DNA of 64,000 nucleotides from Candidatus Zixiibacteriota bacterium (GCA_020351995.1 CP070674.1:1413307-1477306); one strand, 5' to 3'; shown: positions 1 through 9,724, counted from the first letter of the stretch. The notes: generated by a model from the letters alone, not told the origin. Translations and numbers: made by a program.

Positions 1-530
1 ATCATCTCATGGGCCGCCTCGTCCTCGCTGATTCCCCAGGCAAAGAAGTACGTCTCCGGAAAGAGAAAACCCTCCAGACCCGGTATATCATGCCGCGACA
101 GAAATATGGTGTCATCATCGAGACCCACGAAGGCGGCTGAGTCGAGGGGAAGTTTCTCGGTGACCAGCGCGGCTACCTCCCATAGACTGGCGCCCTCGGG
201 TATCGTGACTTTGATCCTTACAAAATCCGCTGACTCGAGCTTCTTCAAAACCGAACGGCACGAGTTCTCACCCGTGAAATCGTAACGACCCGGGGTAAGT
301 TTTCTATCGAGACTCATCAACCGGGCCGGATAAACGAGCATCGTCCGTGAATACACCACCCCCTCATCTACGAGCTGCTGGGCGATATGGCTGAGAGCAT
401 CTCCCTTCTTGATGATAATGGTAACGACGCGATCGCCGATATCAACCCCCTCCGTGTAAATCCGGACGAGATAGACAACGGTAACAAGCAGCGCGACTAT
501 GATTAAGGAAACTAAGGTCTTGAATCTCAT
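1..530 (-). CDS. mltG: Endolytic murein transglycosylase MltG/YceG family (5' part of gene; 3' end lies beyond the left window edge)
   Basis: Truncated by the window edge, so absent from the ORF track. My minus-strand translation from ATG (530..528) reads MRFKTLVSLIIVALLVTVVYLV (TM anchor)...VTIIIKKGDALSHIAQQLVDEGVV...LTPGRYDF...IKVTIPEGASLWEVA...GLEGFLFPETYFF, the YceG pattern. Classical ruvX-mltG adjacency. Confidence 0.8.
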   Translation of the reverse strand, partial: MRFKTLVSLIIVALLVTVVYLVRIYTEGVDIGDRVVTIIIKKGDALSHIAQQLVDEGVVYSRTMLVYPARLMSLDRKLTPGRYDFTGENSCRSVLKKLESADFVRIKVTIPEGASLWEVAALVTEKLPLDSAAFVGLDDDTIFLSRHDIPGLEGFLFPETYFFAWGISEDEAAHEM

Positions 531-626
531 CTATACACCTGTAACATTCACCACTCTCCCCTGAACATATATACCCGCCTGCCCAGATTTTCAACTTAAA
601 ATGTCCGGGGAAACTGTGTGGGAAAA

Positions 627-1061
627 TCAACCCGCCGGATTGTCATCGAGATACCGCTGAAGAATGATAACCGCCGCCAGCCGGTCTATCCGCTTTTTGT
701 CCTTGCCGGCTTTCTTGCCATGGGCATGGACTATCCCGGCCGCCTCCTGCGAGGAATACTGCTCATCGACCCGTTCGATCGGACCTTCAAAAATACCCCC
801 CAGTTTCTCAACAAAACTGTCAACCTCACGACATTTGTCACTCTTATCACCCGATGTCAGGACGGGGTATCCGATTATTAGCCGGTCCGGCTGATGCTCT
901 TCAAGGATGTCCCTAATCTGCGATAAAGCATCCTTGTCCGACATCACCTCAAGCGTCGTCAGTGCCGACGCGATGGTTCCGGTAGGATCGCTCTTGGCCA
1001 GGCCGATTCGCTTTGAACCATAGTCAATAGCGATGAAAGTTCGGTTATAATCTGAGGGCAT
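627..1061 (-). CDS. ruvX: Putative pre-16S rRNA nuclease / Holliday-junction-resolvase-like YqgF (RuvX)
   Basis: 144-aa ORF with the N-terminal FIAIDYGSKRIGLA motif of YqgF RNase H-like nucleases. Lies directly upstream of mltG. Confidence 0.9.
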   Translation of the reverse strand: MPSDYNRTFIAIDYGSKRIGLAKSDPTGTIASALTTLEVMSDKDALSQIRDILEEHQPDRLIIGYPVLTSGDKSDKCREVDSFVEKLGGIFEGPIERVDEQYSSQEAAGIVHAHGKKAGKDKKRIDRLAAVIILQRYLDDNPAG

Positions 1062-1106
1062 AGTCGAAATCTACAGGATTATATATACCCGGTCAAGGCG
1101 CCGATT

Positions 1107-2366
1107 TCAGGTCTTGCGCTCTTTCTTCTTGGCCGCCGGGAAAAGAACATTGTTGAGAATCAGCCGGTAGCCCGGCGAGTTCTTGTAAAGAGCTAAATCG
1201 GTCGGCGGATCGTGAACCATGTGCCGGTAATCTTCCGGGTCGTGCCCCGACAGAAAAGTGAATGTACCCCGCCCCAGGTTCCCGTGAATATACCGCACCT
1301 CATCGAAATTATCCGGCTGAGCCATCACCGTAACGAACTTCTTCAACAGCGACTTGCGAAACCCTGTCGTCTGCCCCATAAAACCGTCGATAGTGTTCAC
1401 ATGATTCTGCGTTAGCATGGTCGGGACCGGGTCCAGCTTGGCCGCGAAATCGAACAGGTAGAAAAAGTCATCATCCTCGCGAGGAAAACGAATCTGACGG
1501 TCGGGATAGGTATCGATATTCGAGTGATGATAGAGCAGAGGATCGATTGATATTCTAAAATTCTCGAAAGCGAAGGTTTTTTCGAAATCAAGCATATCCT
1601 GGCAGCCGGGATCAACCGGGTCACCGTCAAATTCACGCGGCACTATATCGACACCTTCAGCGGCAAGGGCAATATCGATTGTCTCCGGCGCCGAACACAT
1701 CGTAAAGAAAAAGCCGCCTCGGGTAACGTAGTCCTTGACAGTCCTGGCCACATCGAGCTTCATCAGCGATACCTTGGTGTAGCCGAGTTTCCTGGCCATT
1801 TGCTCGTTGGCCGCTACGTCGGACTGGTACCACAACTGGTGACTGAAAGCGGCGTAGAATTTACCATACTGGCCGGTGAAATCCTCATGGTGGCAATGCA
1901 GCCAGTCGTAATCATCGAGTGTTCCCGAAAGCACTTCCTCGTCCCAGATGACGTCGTAGGGGATTTCGGCATAGGTCAGCGCCAGGGTAACGGCGTCATC
2001 CCAGGGCTGCATCGACGGTGGCGAATAGACAGCTATGGACGGCGCTTTCTCCAATTCCACGCGTTCCATATTTTCGACCTCGATCACCCGGTATATATCC
2101 GCCACCTGCCCTGAGCTTACCTGCTGGTTCGCTACTCCCATCAGAAGGCACATATTGACTACTTCCTGGGAATAATCGATAAGGAACGAGCCTCCCTGGT
2201 AGTTCAGTAGCCATTCGGCTTCGTATCCTTTATCGAGGGCTTTATAGACCACTCCATAGGCTTTCAGATGGTCAGTTTGGGACTCATCCATCGGTATAAA
2301 CACCGACGCCCCCATCACGGGCAGCGGGAGGAGTAGGATTATAACTGAGACAATCAAGCGTTTCAT
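1107..2366 (-). CDS. Exported protein of unknown function
   Basis: 419-aa ORF with a signal-peptide-like N-terminus (MKRLIVSVIILLLPLPVMGA). Long, uninterrupted and protein-like in composition. Contains a WLHCHHEDFTGQYGKF block that I cannot assign to a family with confidence. Confidence 0.6.
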   Translation of the reverse strand: MKRLIVSVIILLLPLPVMGASVFIPMDESQTDHLKAYGVVYKALDKGYEAEWLLNYQGGSFLIDYSQEVVNMCLLMGVANQQVSSGQVADIYRVIEVENMERVELEKAPSIAVYSPPSMQPWDDAVTLALTYAEIPYDVIWDEEVLSGTLDDYDWLHCHHEDFTGQYGKFYAAFSHQLWYQSDVAANEQMARKLGYTKVSLMKLDVARTVKDYVTRGGFFFTMCSAPETIDIALAAEGVDIVPREFDGDPVDPGCQDMLDFEKTFAFENFRISIDPLLYHHSNIDTYPDRQIRFPREDDDFFYLFDFAAKLDPVPTMLTQNHVNTIDGFMGQTTGFRKSLLKKFVTVMAQPDNFDEVRYIHGNLGRGTFTFLSGHDPEDYRHMVHDPPTDLALYKNSPGYRLILNNVLFPAAKKKERKT

Positions 2367-2780
2367 AAGCTGTAAACTACGAAGTATCCTCTATCAGGCA
2401 ACTATAGTTTTAACGAATAAGGCTGGTGCTGGTTGCATGATATCGCCCCCTACCGCTCCACCCTGCCGAACGCGTCCGCGGCAGATGCCCTCAATAGATG
2501 GTCCTCCCCCGAACGGATCCCGCTTAGCCACACGGGTACGGCCCGGATCACCTCGCCTGAAAGCGATTTTCCGACACATACACGGCAATTTGCTCCCTCC
2601 GCGCCATAGATAAAGACGATTCCAGACTGACATGAAAGCCGGGACAGATGAAAAACAAAAAAATAACGAAACGAACCCAAATCGCCATAAGTTCATCTTC
2701 GAGAAACTCTTATAGCGAAATAACGATAGGGTCAAACTACATTGCTTATAGGAATTTTGTCGAAAGGAGTAGACGAGCCA

Positions 2781-3542
2781 CTACTTCTTCAAGAACTCGG
2801 CCAGCTTGTCTCTGAACTCGTTCTTTTTGATATCGCGGTAAAGGACGCCTTCGAAAGCTATAGATATCTGGCTGGTTTCTTCAGACACGACCACAACGAT
2901 GGCGTCGGAGACCTCACTTACGCCGATGGCCGCCTTGTGGCGCATGCCATACAATTTGCGATAGCGGGGATTATGGGAAAGCGGCAACGAGGCCGCCGCG
3001 GCCACGATGTATTCGCCGGAAACAATCACGGCGCCATCGTGAAGAGGTGTATATGGAGTGAAAAGCGTGATAAGCATCTCAGCCGACAGTTCCGCGTTGA
3101 GTTCTTTGCCGGTCTCGGCGAAATTGCGCAGCCCGGTGCGGCGCTCGATTACAATCAGGCCGCCGTGCCTCAATTCCGAAAGGCGAAGAACGGCGCGGGA
3201 GATTTCTTCCAGGGACTTGCGCTGTTCCAGCGTGACAAATCGCCTCAAAAGCCGGCTCTGTCCCAGCTGCGCCAGGACTGATCGTAACTCGGGCTGGAAA
3301 ACGATAATCAAGACGATAAGTCCGAATGTCGTCAGGTTGGAAAACAGCCAAGTCAATCCTTCAAGCTGGAACCAGTACGCGATAAACGCCACCCCGGCCA
3401 CGAGAAAGAAACCCACGATAATCTGGACCGAGCGCGTTCCCCTGACCAGCTTGAGTACCTGGAAAATGATGAACGACACGATCACAACGTCGATGAGATC
3501 TTTAAAACCGAACCTGATGAAATCAATCTGGAATAATGTCAT
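2781..3542 (-). CDS. cdaA: Diadenylate cyclase CdaA (membrane-anchored c-di-AMP synthase)
   Basis: 253 aa with three N-terminal hydrophobic segments. DisA_N core with PLHDGAVIV and GMRHKAAIGVSE (DGA and RHR-type motifs). ATGA start/stop overlap with folP. Confidence 0.9.
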   Translation of the reverse strand: MTLFQIDFIRFGFKDLIDVVIVSFIIFQVLKLVRGTRSVQIIVGFFLVAGVAFIAYWFQLEGLTWLFSNLTTFGLIVLIIVFQPELRSVLAQLGQSRLLRRFVTLEQRKSLEEISRAVLRLSELRHGGLIVIERRTGLRNFAETGKELNAELSAEMLITLFTPYTPLHDGAVIVSGEYIVAAAASLPLSHNPRYRKLYGMRHKAAIGVSEVSDAIVVVVSEETSQISIAFEGVLYRDIKKNEFRDKLAEFLKK

Positions 3543-4477
3543 ACGCCTTCCCTGATAGCCGAGATTATTTTGATCGCCTCGACACTTTCGGCCACATCGT
3601 GAACCCGGACGATATTCGCTCCGTTCAAGATTGCCGCTACCATCGAGGCAATCGAACCGCCGAGACGCCTGTGCGCCGGGGCGTCCTTGTCATGGAGCAT
3701 ACCTATAAACGACTTTCGCGAGGTCCCCACCAGAAGCGGCACGCCGAAACGCTTGAATTCCGCCAGCCGGGCCAGAACCTCTATATTATCGGACAACCTT
3801 TTTCCGAAACCGATTCCGGGATCGAGAATAATCCGATCGCCGCTTATTCCAACCGTTTCACAGAGCTGAAGACGCTCCTCGAAGAAGTCCGCGATCTCTT
3901 TCACACAATTATCGTAACGCGGTTCTTTCTGCATCGTCAAGGGTGTTCCCAGCATGTGCATCAGAATCACCGGCACTCCCCGCGAGCTTACCAGGCTGGC
4001 CATCTTGGAATCGAAACGAAGCGCCGAAACATCATTGACAATATCGGCCCCGTGATCGAGCGCGGCCGCGGCCACTTCGGACTTGTAAGTGTCTATCGAA
4101 ATCGGTATCCGTGTCTTTCGCCGAAGACCATCGATAACGGGAATTACTCGCTCCGTCTCGTCTTCAACGGAGACCCCGGTCGCGCCGGGACGGGTCGACT
4201 CACCGCCGATATCGATGATATCCGCGCCCTGCTTTTCCATCTCAAGGGCCCGGGATATGGCCCTGTCGGTATTCTCGAAGTTGCCGCCATCGGAAAAAGA
4301 GTCAGGTGTAACATTGAGCACACCCATCACTACCGTACCGGTTAAGCTGAGCTGGCGGCTGTCCTTGAGGCGGATTGCTCCCAGATCTGTCTTCTTTTTG
4401 GCTAACGGCATTAGTCTCAATATCTTGGCTAAATTGGCCTCCAATCGCATATAAATCGATTGTGCCCTTAAAAGCAA
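3539..4477 (-). CDS. folP: Dihydropteroate synthase
   Basis: GVLNVTPDSFSDGG pterin-binding signature, DIIDIGGESTRPG, and ILDPGIGFGK. Start uncertain: in-frame ATGs at 4477, 4450 and 4411. Confidence 0.9.
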   Translation of the reverse strand: MLLRAQSIYMRLEANLAKILRLMPLAKKKTDLGAIRLKDSRQLSLTGTVVMGVLNVTPDSFSDGGNFENTDRAISRALEMEKQGADIIDIGGESTRPGATGVSVEDETERVIPVIDGLRRKTRIPISIDTYKSEVAAAALDHGADIVNDVSALRFDSKMASLVSSRGVPVILMHMLGTPLTMQKEPRYDNCVKEIADFFEERLQLCETVGISGDRIILDPGIGFGKRLSDNIEVLARLAEFKRFGVPLLVGTSRKSFIGMLHDKDAPAHRRLGGSIASMVAAILNGANIVRVHDVAESVEAIKIISAIREGV

Positions 4478-4601
4478 GCAATAAACTCCGGCCCCCGGCT
4501 GTAAGTCGAGCCTGTATAGCGGCTTATTTCAAGGCCTGTCTGACCCGCGCCCGGACGGCAACTGACAGCCCACCAACCGGCCGGAAAGCCCGTCTTTTCC
4601 C

Positions 4602-4630
4602 TTGACATATAAGGGGTTAAGTAGTATACT
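4602..4630 (+). promoter_or_regulatory. Sigma70-type promoter candidate TTGACA-N17-TATACT for gene 4719..7103
   Basis: TTGACA at 4602..4607, a 17-nt spacer, then TATACT at 4625..4630. Lies about 90 nt upstream of the ATG. An AGGAGA RBS precedes the ATG. Confidence 0.6.
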
Positions 4631-4718
4631 TATCAGAGTAGGGCAATATAATACCCTAACCTTTTTACTGCAGTAAATTGCTGTTAAACCGCCATTTCTA
4701 TCAGGAGAGCCATACTTC

Positions 4719-7103
4719 ATGTTAGCGAAGTACGTTATACCTCTCGCGCTCGCTGCCATGTTGGTTTCCTCACTAGCCTACGCAAGCGGCGACTCTCGCC
4801 CCGCTATGAATCTCTCCCACGGCGCACCACTGGTTTTTACATCCAACGAAGGACAGTGGGATGACCAGGTCCATTTTCGAGCGAACATTAACGGGGCAAC
4901 CATCTGGTTCGCCACGGACGGTGTCTGTTATGAGTTCGTCCGGGACGTTTCAGGGAACAACGAAGCTCCCGACAGGCCCGACAAAACCGAAACTGCCCTC
5001 GAATGCCTGATGATCAAAAGCACGCTGGTTGGAGCCAACACGGCTGCGAAAGTATCGGGTGAGGGTCTTCTGGGTTACAAATCCAACTATTTCCTGGGTT
5101 CAGATCCTGCTCGCTGGCGTACCGGCGTACACAGCTACGAGGCAATCGTATACCATGACGTGTACCCGGGAATAGATCTGAGGTACTACTACAACGGCCG
5201 GAAGATGGAGTATGATTTCATTTTGTCTCCCGGTGCCGATCCTTCCGTTATACAGATTCGCTACGACGGTGTGGAATCAGTCGACGTCAATGAATACGGT
5301 GAGCTGGAAATCACCACCGCCTGGGGCACCGTTACGGAAACCTGCCCTTACATCTATCAGCAGGACGATTCCGGACGCCGGCAACTGACCGGAAGTTACA
5401 AGCTTATTTCGGAAAACAGCTTCGCCTTCAATTTAGACGACGACTACAACCCGGAAATGGCTCTGGTTATAGACCCGGTTCTGCTGTACAGCTCTTTCCT
5501 TGGAGGAAACTATACGCAGACCGCGTACGATAATGCTATTGATACCGACGGCTATGTCGTGATTGCCGGGCAGACGAGATCGGAAGATTTCCCGACTGTG
5601 GATCCTTATCAGGGTGAGCTCGCGGGCCAGTCCGACGTCTTTGCTACAAAGATAAACCCCGTCACCAGCGAGATTCTATACAGCACCTACTTCGGTGCCA
5701 CAAATGATGAAGAGGCTCCCAGGGTCGCTTTGGATTCGGAGGATAATATTTGCCTGGTTTTCAGAACCAACTCCCCCGATATGCCGACCGTCAACCCCTT
5801 TCAGTCCACTCTGGAAGGAGATCGCGATGCCTTTGTACTCAAGTTAAGCAGTACTGGTGACGCAGTTCTGGCCGCAACCTATCTCGGCGGAGATCGGGTA
5901 GAGTATCCATGGGGAATCACGGCCGATAACCAGGGCTACATGTATGTATGTGGTGAGACCGATTCTCGCTATTTCCCTCTCGAGAATGCCTATAGTACAG
6001 AAAACGCCGGCGGTGAAACGGATGGGTTTGTCACAAAACTCAGTCCCTCAGGTGATGCGTTGATTTACAGCACGTATCTCGGTGGAAGCGGCTCAACCGG
6101 TCTTACGGTCGCGGACGTCGATGCTTTGTATGATATCGCCGTAAATGACGCCGGAGAGGCCTATGTTGCCGGAGCCACGTACTCGCCAGATTACCCAGCC
6201 GTTAACGCCCTCTTCGAAACCATGATCAACAAAGAAGGTCCTACTGACGCCATAATAACCAAGTTCAGTGCTGCCGGAAACACCCTTGTCTTCAGTACCT
6301 TCCTCGGGGGCACCGAGGACGAGTGGATAAAGGATATCGAGATCGACGCCGACGGCAATCTGGTTATCGTTGGTTCCGTCGAATCGGACGATTTCCCAAC
6401 CTTAAATGCCTACCAGACAGAACGATGCCCTGGACCGGATCTGGGCATGGCCGCTGTTTTTATGACAAGAATGGCCGGCGACGGCAGCGCTCTTTTGTCA
6501 AGCACGTATCTCGGCGGGTGCGATGAGGATTTCGGAGAGGCATTGGGTATCGGACCAACCGGAAACATATTTATAAGCGGTACTACTTACTCAACCGATT
6601 TCCCCATGGTCGATCCCATCTACGGAGCACTCAACGGTGTGTGTGACGTTTTTCTCACAAAATTCGATTCGTCAGGATCAAACGTCATTTACAGCACCTA
6701 CTATGGCGGCAGCTCGGGCGATCATGGCATAGGCCTAAGCGTCGATAATAACGACTGGGCCCACATTACCGGGTACACACGGTCGTCTGACTTACCGCTG
6801 GTCAACCCGACACAAGCCAACGGGACCACCTATCCAAGCGGTAATGACGTCTTTCTAGCCATGATCAAAGGCGGATGCTGTAGATGGCTGACCGGTAACG
6901 CAGATGGTGACCCGAGTGACCGTCTGGACATACTTGATATTGGCTACGCCATTGACTGGCTGTTCCGCCAGGGCCCGGCGCTGCCGTGCGGGGCTGAACT
7001 CGACACCGATGCCAGCGGTCGACTCGATATAGAAGATATCGTGTATTTAGTAAATTACTTTTTCAAGTCGGGACCAGAACCGCTTCCGTGCCTCGATAAT
7101 TGA
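4719..7103 (+). CDS. Secreted SBBP beta-propeller-repeat protein with C-terminal dockerin-like module (subtype 1)
   Basis: 794 aa with a signal peptide (MLAKYVIPLALAAMLVSSLAYA). Many repeats of the pattern YSTY(L/F)GG...(D)..G..Y(V/I).G.T.S.DFP, the SBBP type. C-terminus at 6870..7100 reads GGCCRWLTGNADGDPSDRLDILDIGYAIDWLFRQGPALPCGAELDTDASGRLDIEDIVYLVNYFFKSGPEPLPC. Confidence 0.85.
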   Translation: MLAKYVIPLALAAMLVSSLAYASGDSRPAMNLSHGAPLVFTSNEGQWDDQVHFRANINGATIWFATDGVCYEFVRDVSGNNEAPDRPDKTETALECLMIKSTLVGANTAAKVSGEGLLGYKSNYFLGSDPARWRTGVHSYEAIVYHDVYPGIDLRYYYNGRKMEYDFILSPGADPSVIQIRYDGVESVDVNEYGELEITTAWGTVTETCPYIYQQDDSGRRQLTGSYKLISENSFAFNLDDDYNPEMALVIDPVLLYSSFLGGNYTQTAYDNAIDTDGYVVIAGQTRSEDFPTVDPYQGELAGQSDVFATKINPVTSEILYSTYFGATNDEEAPRVALDSEDNICLVFRTNSPDMPTVNPFQSTLEGDRDAFVLKLSSTGDAVLAATYLGGDRVEYPWGITADNQGYMYVCGETDSRYFPLENAYSTENAGGETDGFVTKLSPSGDALIYSTYLGGSGSTGLTVADVDALYDIAVNDAGEAYVAGATYSPDYPAVNALFETMINKEGPTDAIITKFSAAGNTLVFSTFLGGTEDEWIKDIEIDADGNLVIVGSVESDDFPTLNAYQTERCPGPDLGMAAVFMTRMAGDGSALLSSTYLGGCDEDFGEALGIGPTGNIFISGTTYSTDFPMVDPIYGALNGVCDVFLTKFDSSGSNVIYSTYYGGSSGDHGIGLSVDNNDWAHITGYTRSSDLPLVNPTQANGTTYPSGNDVFLAMIKGGCCRWLTGNADGDPSDRLDILDIGYAIDWLFRQGPALPCGAELDTDASGRLDIEDIVYLVNYFFKSGPEPLPCLDN

Positions 7104-7132
7104 TTATTGGTCCCGGAGATTCGTTCTGACAG

Positions 7133-7162
7133 TCGACAATATAAATTATAGGGTATTAGAAT
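7133..7162 (+). promoter_or_regulatory. Weaker sigma70-type promoter candidate TCGACA-N18-TAGAAT for gene 7274..9616
   Basis: Hexamers read by eye, 5/6 matches each, with an 18-nt spacer. Lies about 110 nt upstream of the ATG. A GGAGGG RBS precedes the ATG. Confidence 0.35.
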
Positions 7163-7273
7163 ATACATTGGAACAAACCTCATCGACGGGAATATTCAGT
7201 ATCATAAGTTCATAATCCTTGTACATATCCAGAGTAACTTTATCGTTACGCTCCGGCCGGAGGGTTCTCAGTC

Positions 7274-9616
7274 ATGTTGCAAAGAAAACTAATCGCCAGC
7301 TCGCTTCTGTTCACGACCCTGCTGCTCATGGTATTATTTAGCGCGGGGCAATTGGGCGCGGCGAGCGACCCGGGACAGAATCAGTCTCCGTTTTTCACAG
7401 AGAACGTTGGCCAATGGGACAGTCACATCAGATTCAAGACTGGTTCCATGGATGCCACAGCCTGGTTTGCCGACGACGGCACCTATTACCAGTTTTCCAG
7501 AGAAATAATCGAGAACAAACATCCCGACGCCATGAAGACGCCTGTTCGCGAGAGCATAGACTTCGAATGCTTGATGATCAAGGCAAGCTTCATCGGAACG
7601 AGCGCCGCTCTCAAGATCGTCGGTGAAGAAATGCTGGACTACAAATGTAATTACTTCCTCGGCAACGACCAGACAAGATGGCAAACCAATGTCCCTAACT
7701 ACAGCTCCATTCTTTATCGCAATATTTATAACGGAATCAATCTCAGATATTATGGCAACGGTTCCGAGTTAGAATATGATTTTATAGTAGCTCCCGGGGT
7801 CGATCCGTCACAGATACAGATTCGCTACGACGGGATCGAATCGCTGGCGGTCAACGGCGATGGAGAACTTGAGGTTACCACACTATGGGGCACTATAATC
7901 GAATCCTGCCCGTATATCTATCAGGTCGACGGCGACGAGCAGATTGAGCTTTCCGGAAGCTACGAGCTAATTTCGGATAACAGCTTCGGTTTTGCCGTAG
8001 ACGCGATCTATGATGCCAGACTCCCGGTTGTAATCGACCCGATTCTGACCTACAGCACTTATTTCGGGGGGACGCGCGCTGACTATGCCGTGACCCTTGA
8101 AATTGACGATGCTCGCAACGTATACATTGCCGGCGTTACCTCGTCATCGGATTTCCCTCTTCTATTTCCATACCAGGCGACCTATGGCGGATCCATAGAT
8201 GCCTTCGTGACCAAGATGGAGCTCGACGGCACCCTGCTGTTCAGCACCTACTTTGGCGGAGTCGGTGCCGAAGAGTGGCCTACCATGGCCCTCGATGACG
8301 AGTTTAACATTTACATCTCGGGCCGGACATTTTCAAGCGACTTCCCGGCCTACCTCGGGTATTCCAACGAGATGAACGGTAACTCGGATCTATTCGCCTT
8401 CAAACTCAATAGCACGGGCGATCAACTGATCTACAGTTCCTTTCTGGGCGGCAGCGCTGACGAATACGCGGGCTATGTGGACGTTGACCCAAACCGCAGA
8501 TTTTATGTTTTTGCCATCACCGAATCCGATGATTACCCGCTGGTGAATCACTTCCAGACCTATCCCAGCCAGAACCCGGTCTCCTATGATCTCTGCCTGA
8601 CCAGATTCAATACCGCCGGGAATGACCTGGAATACAGCACCTATCTGGGCGGGACTGAAGACGAGTCCGCCCTGGGTATCGCGGTAGATGCAGCCGGCTG
8701 CGCCCATGTCTGCGGTTACACTTACTCACCCGAGTTCCCCGTAGAAAACCCTTATGATGCCGTTCAGGAAGGATGCGATGGCTTCATCACCAAGTTCAGC
8801 CCCGAGGGGAATAGCCTGATTTTTGGTACATTCTTCGGCGGAACGGAAAACGACTGGATTGAAGCCATTGACGTGGACGGGGAAGGCGGCGTATATGTGA
8901 CCGGTTCAACGAGGTCGGACGATTTCCCGCTCGTAAATCCCTTTCAGTCAGAATTTCGCGGAGGCGTCGATCTCATCACTGATTTATTCGCTTCCAAGTT
9001 TAACAGCACCGGCACAACCCTCATTTACAGCACCTACCTCGGGGGAACCGGTGACGACTTTGTCGAAAAGATCCTGATTGATGACCTCGGGGTCGCTATC
9101 ATCTCCGGATATACTTACTCGGCGGACTTCCCGCTTGTCAACCCGCTGTTCAGCGACCTCAATGGTATATACGATGCGAGCTTGAGTGCCCTCGGGCCAA
9201 CGGGGAACGAACTCACCTTCGGCACCTATCTCGGTGGCAGTGAAACGGAAATTGGCTGGGATCTTGCCGTCGACGAGGTTCGTAATGTATATCTCGTAGG
9301 GTTCACCAAGTCGCCGGATTTCCCTCTCGTCGACCCCATCCAGACCACGCTGAAAGGAACATTCGACGGTTTCGTGGCAATTATTGAACTGGGTTGTTGC
9401 GTCGGCATGTCCGGCAACGCCGATCATGATCCCGATGACCTGGTTTCGATTCTCGACGCCGATTACCTTATAAGCTGGATGCATCGAGGCGGTCCGGAGC
9501 CTTTATGCTTCGGAGAGGCCGACCTCGATGGCAGCGGCGCATTGAATATTCTGGATGTTGACTACTTGGTCAACTACTTATTCAGGGATGGACCTCCACC
9601 TGTCATTTGCGAGTAA
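7274..9616 (+). CDS. Secreted SBBP beta-propeller-repeat protein with C-terminal dockerin-like module (paralog of 4719..7103)
   Basis: 780 aa, collinear with the upstream gene. The N-terminal domains match (FTENVGQWDSHIRFK vs FTSNEGQWDDQVHFR) and the SBBP repeats are shared. C-terminus at 9389..9613 reads LGCCVGMSGNADHDPDDLVSILDADYLISWMHRGGPEPLCFGEADLDGSGALNILDVDYLVNYLFRDGPPPVIC. Confidence 0.85.
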   Translation: MLQRKLIASSLLFTTLLLMVLFSAGQLGAASDPGQNQSPFFTENVGQWDSHIRFKTGSMDATAWFADDGTYYQFSREIIENKHPDAMKTPVRESIDFECLMIKASFIGTSAALKIVGEEMLDYKCNYFLGNDQTRWQTNVPNYSSILYRNIYNGINLRYYGNGSELEYDFIVAPGVDPSQIQIRYDGIESLAVNGDGELEVTTLWGTIIESCPYIYQVDGDEQIELSGSYELISDNSFGFAVDAIYDARLPVVIDPILTYSTYFGGTRADYAVTLEIDDARNVYIAGVTSSSDFPLLFPYQATYGGSIDAFVTKMELDGTLLFSTYFGGVGAEEWPTMALDDEFNIYISGRTFSSDFPAYLGYSNEMNGNSDLFAFKLNSTGDQLIYSSFLGGSADEYAGYVDVDPNRRFYVFAITESDDYPLVNHFQTYPSQNPVSYDLCLTRFNTAGNDLEYSTYLGGTEDESALGIAVDAAGCAHVCGYTYSPEFPVENPYDAVQEGCDGFITKFSPEGNSLIFGTFFGGTENDWIEAIDVDGEGGVYVTGSTRSDDFPLVNPFQSEFRGGVDLITDLFASKFNSTGTTLIYSTYLGGTGDDFVEKILIDDLGVAIISGYTYSADFPLVNPLFSDLNGIYDASLSALGPTGNELTFGTYLGGSETEIGWDLAVDEVRNVYLVGFTKSPDFPLVDPIQTTLKGTFDGFVAIIELGCCVGMSGNADHDPDDLVSILDADYLISWMHRGGPEPLCFGEADLDGSGALNILDVDYLVNYLFRDGPPPVICE

Positions 9617-9666
9617 AGCCCGGCGATCGCGTTGCTGCGAGCCAGCCGGACCACTGTAAATAGATT

Positions 9667-9705
9667 CCCCGCAGTGACCTTGAGTCACTGCGGGGTTCTA
9701 CTTTT
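9667..9705 (+). terminator. Intrinsic terminator candidate after 7274..9616 (hairpin lies between convergent genes)
   Basis: Perfect 12-bp stem ccccgcagtgac / gtcactgcgggg (9667..9678 and 9684..9695) with a 5-nt loop, followed by ttctacttttcgg. Confidence 0.65.
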
Positions 9706-9724
9706 CGGATGCTGTCACTCTATT

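Noticed and set aside
2394-2735. 113-aa minus-strand ORF in the gap between cdaA and 1107..2366.
   Set aside because: The sequence (…RGDPGRTRVAKRDPFGGGPSIEGICRGRVRQGGAVGG…) looks like the translation of GC-rich structured RNA or DNA. It has no start context, so the region was kept as non-coding.
2367-2780. RNase P RNA, tmRNA or SRP RNA in the 414-nt gap. I noticed GAAAGCCGGGAC and CCCGCTTAGCC strings that faintly recall RNase P boxes.
   Set aside because: The universal GAGGAAAGUCC and ACAGAAxxCGGCUUA boxes are absent. The similar strings occur in the wrong order and on the wrong strand for RNase P. There are no tRNA-like ends of the kind tmRNA has.
2742-4345. Long plus-strand ORFs 2742..3281 (179 aa), 3058..3555 (165 aa) and 3536..4345 (269 aa).
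   Set aside because: They lie antisense to cdaA and folP, whose products carry unmistakable family motifs. The translations are Arg/Gly/Ser-rich and low-complexity, typical of shadow ORFs in GC-rich DNA.
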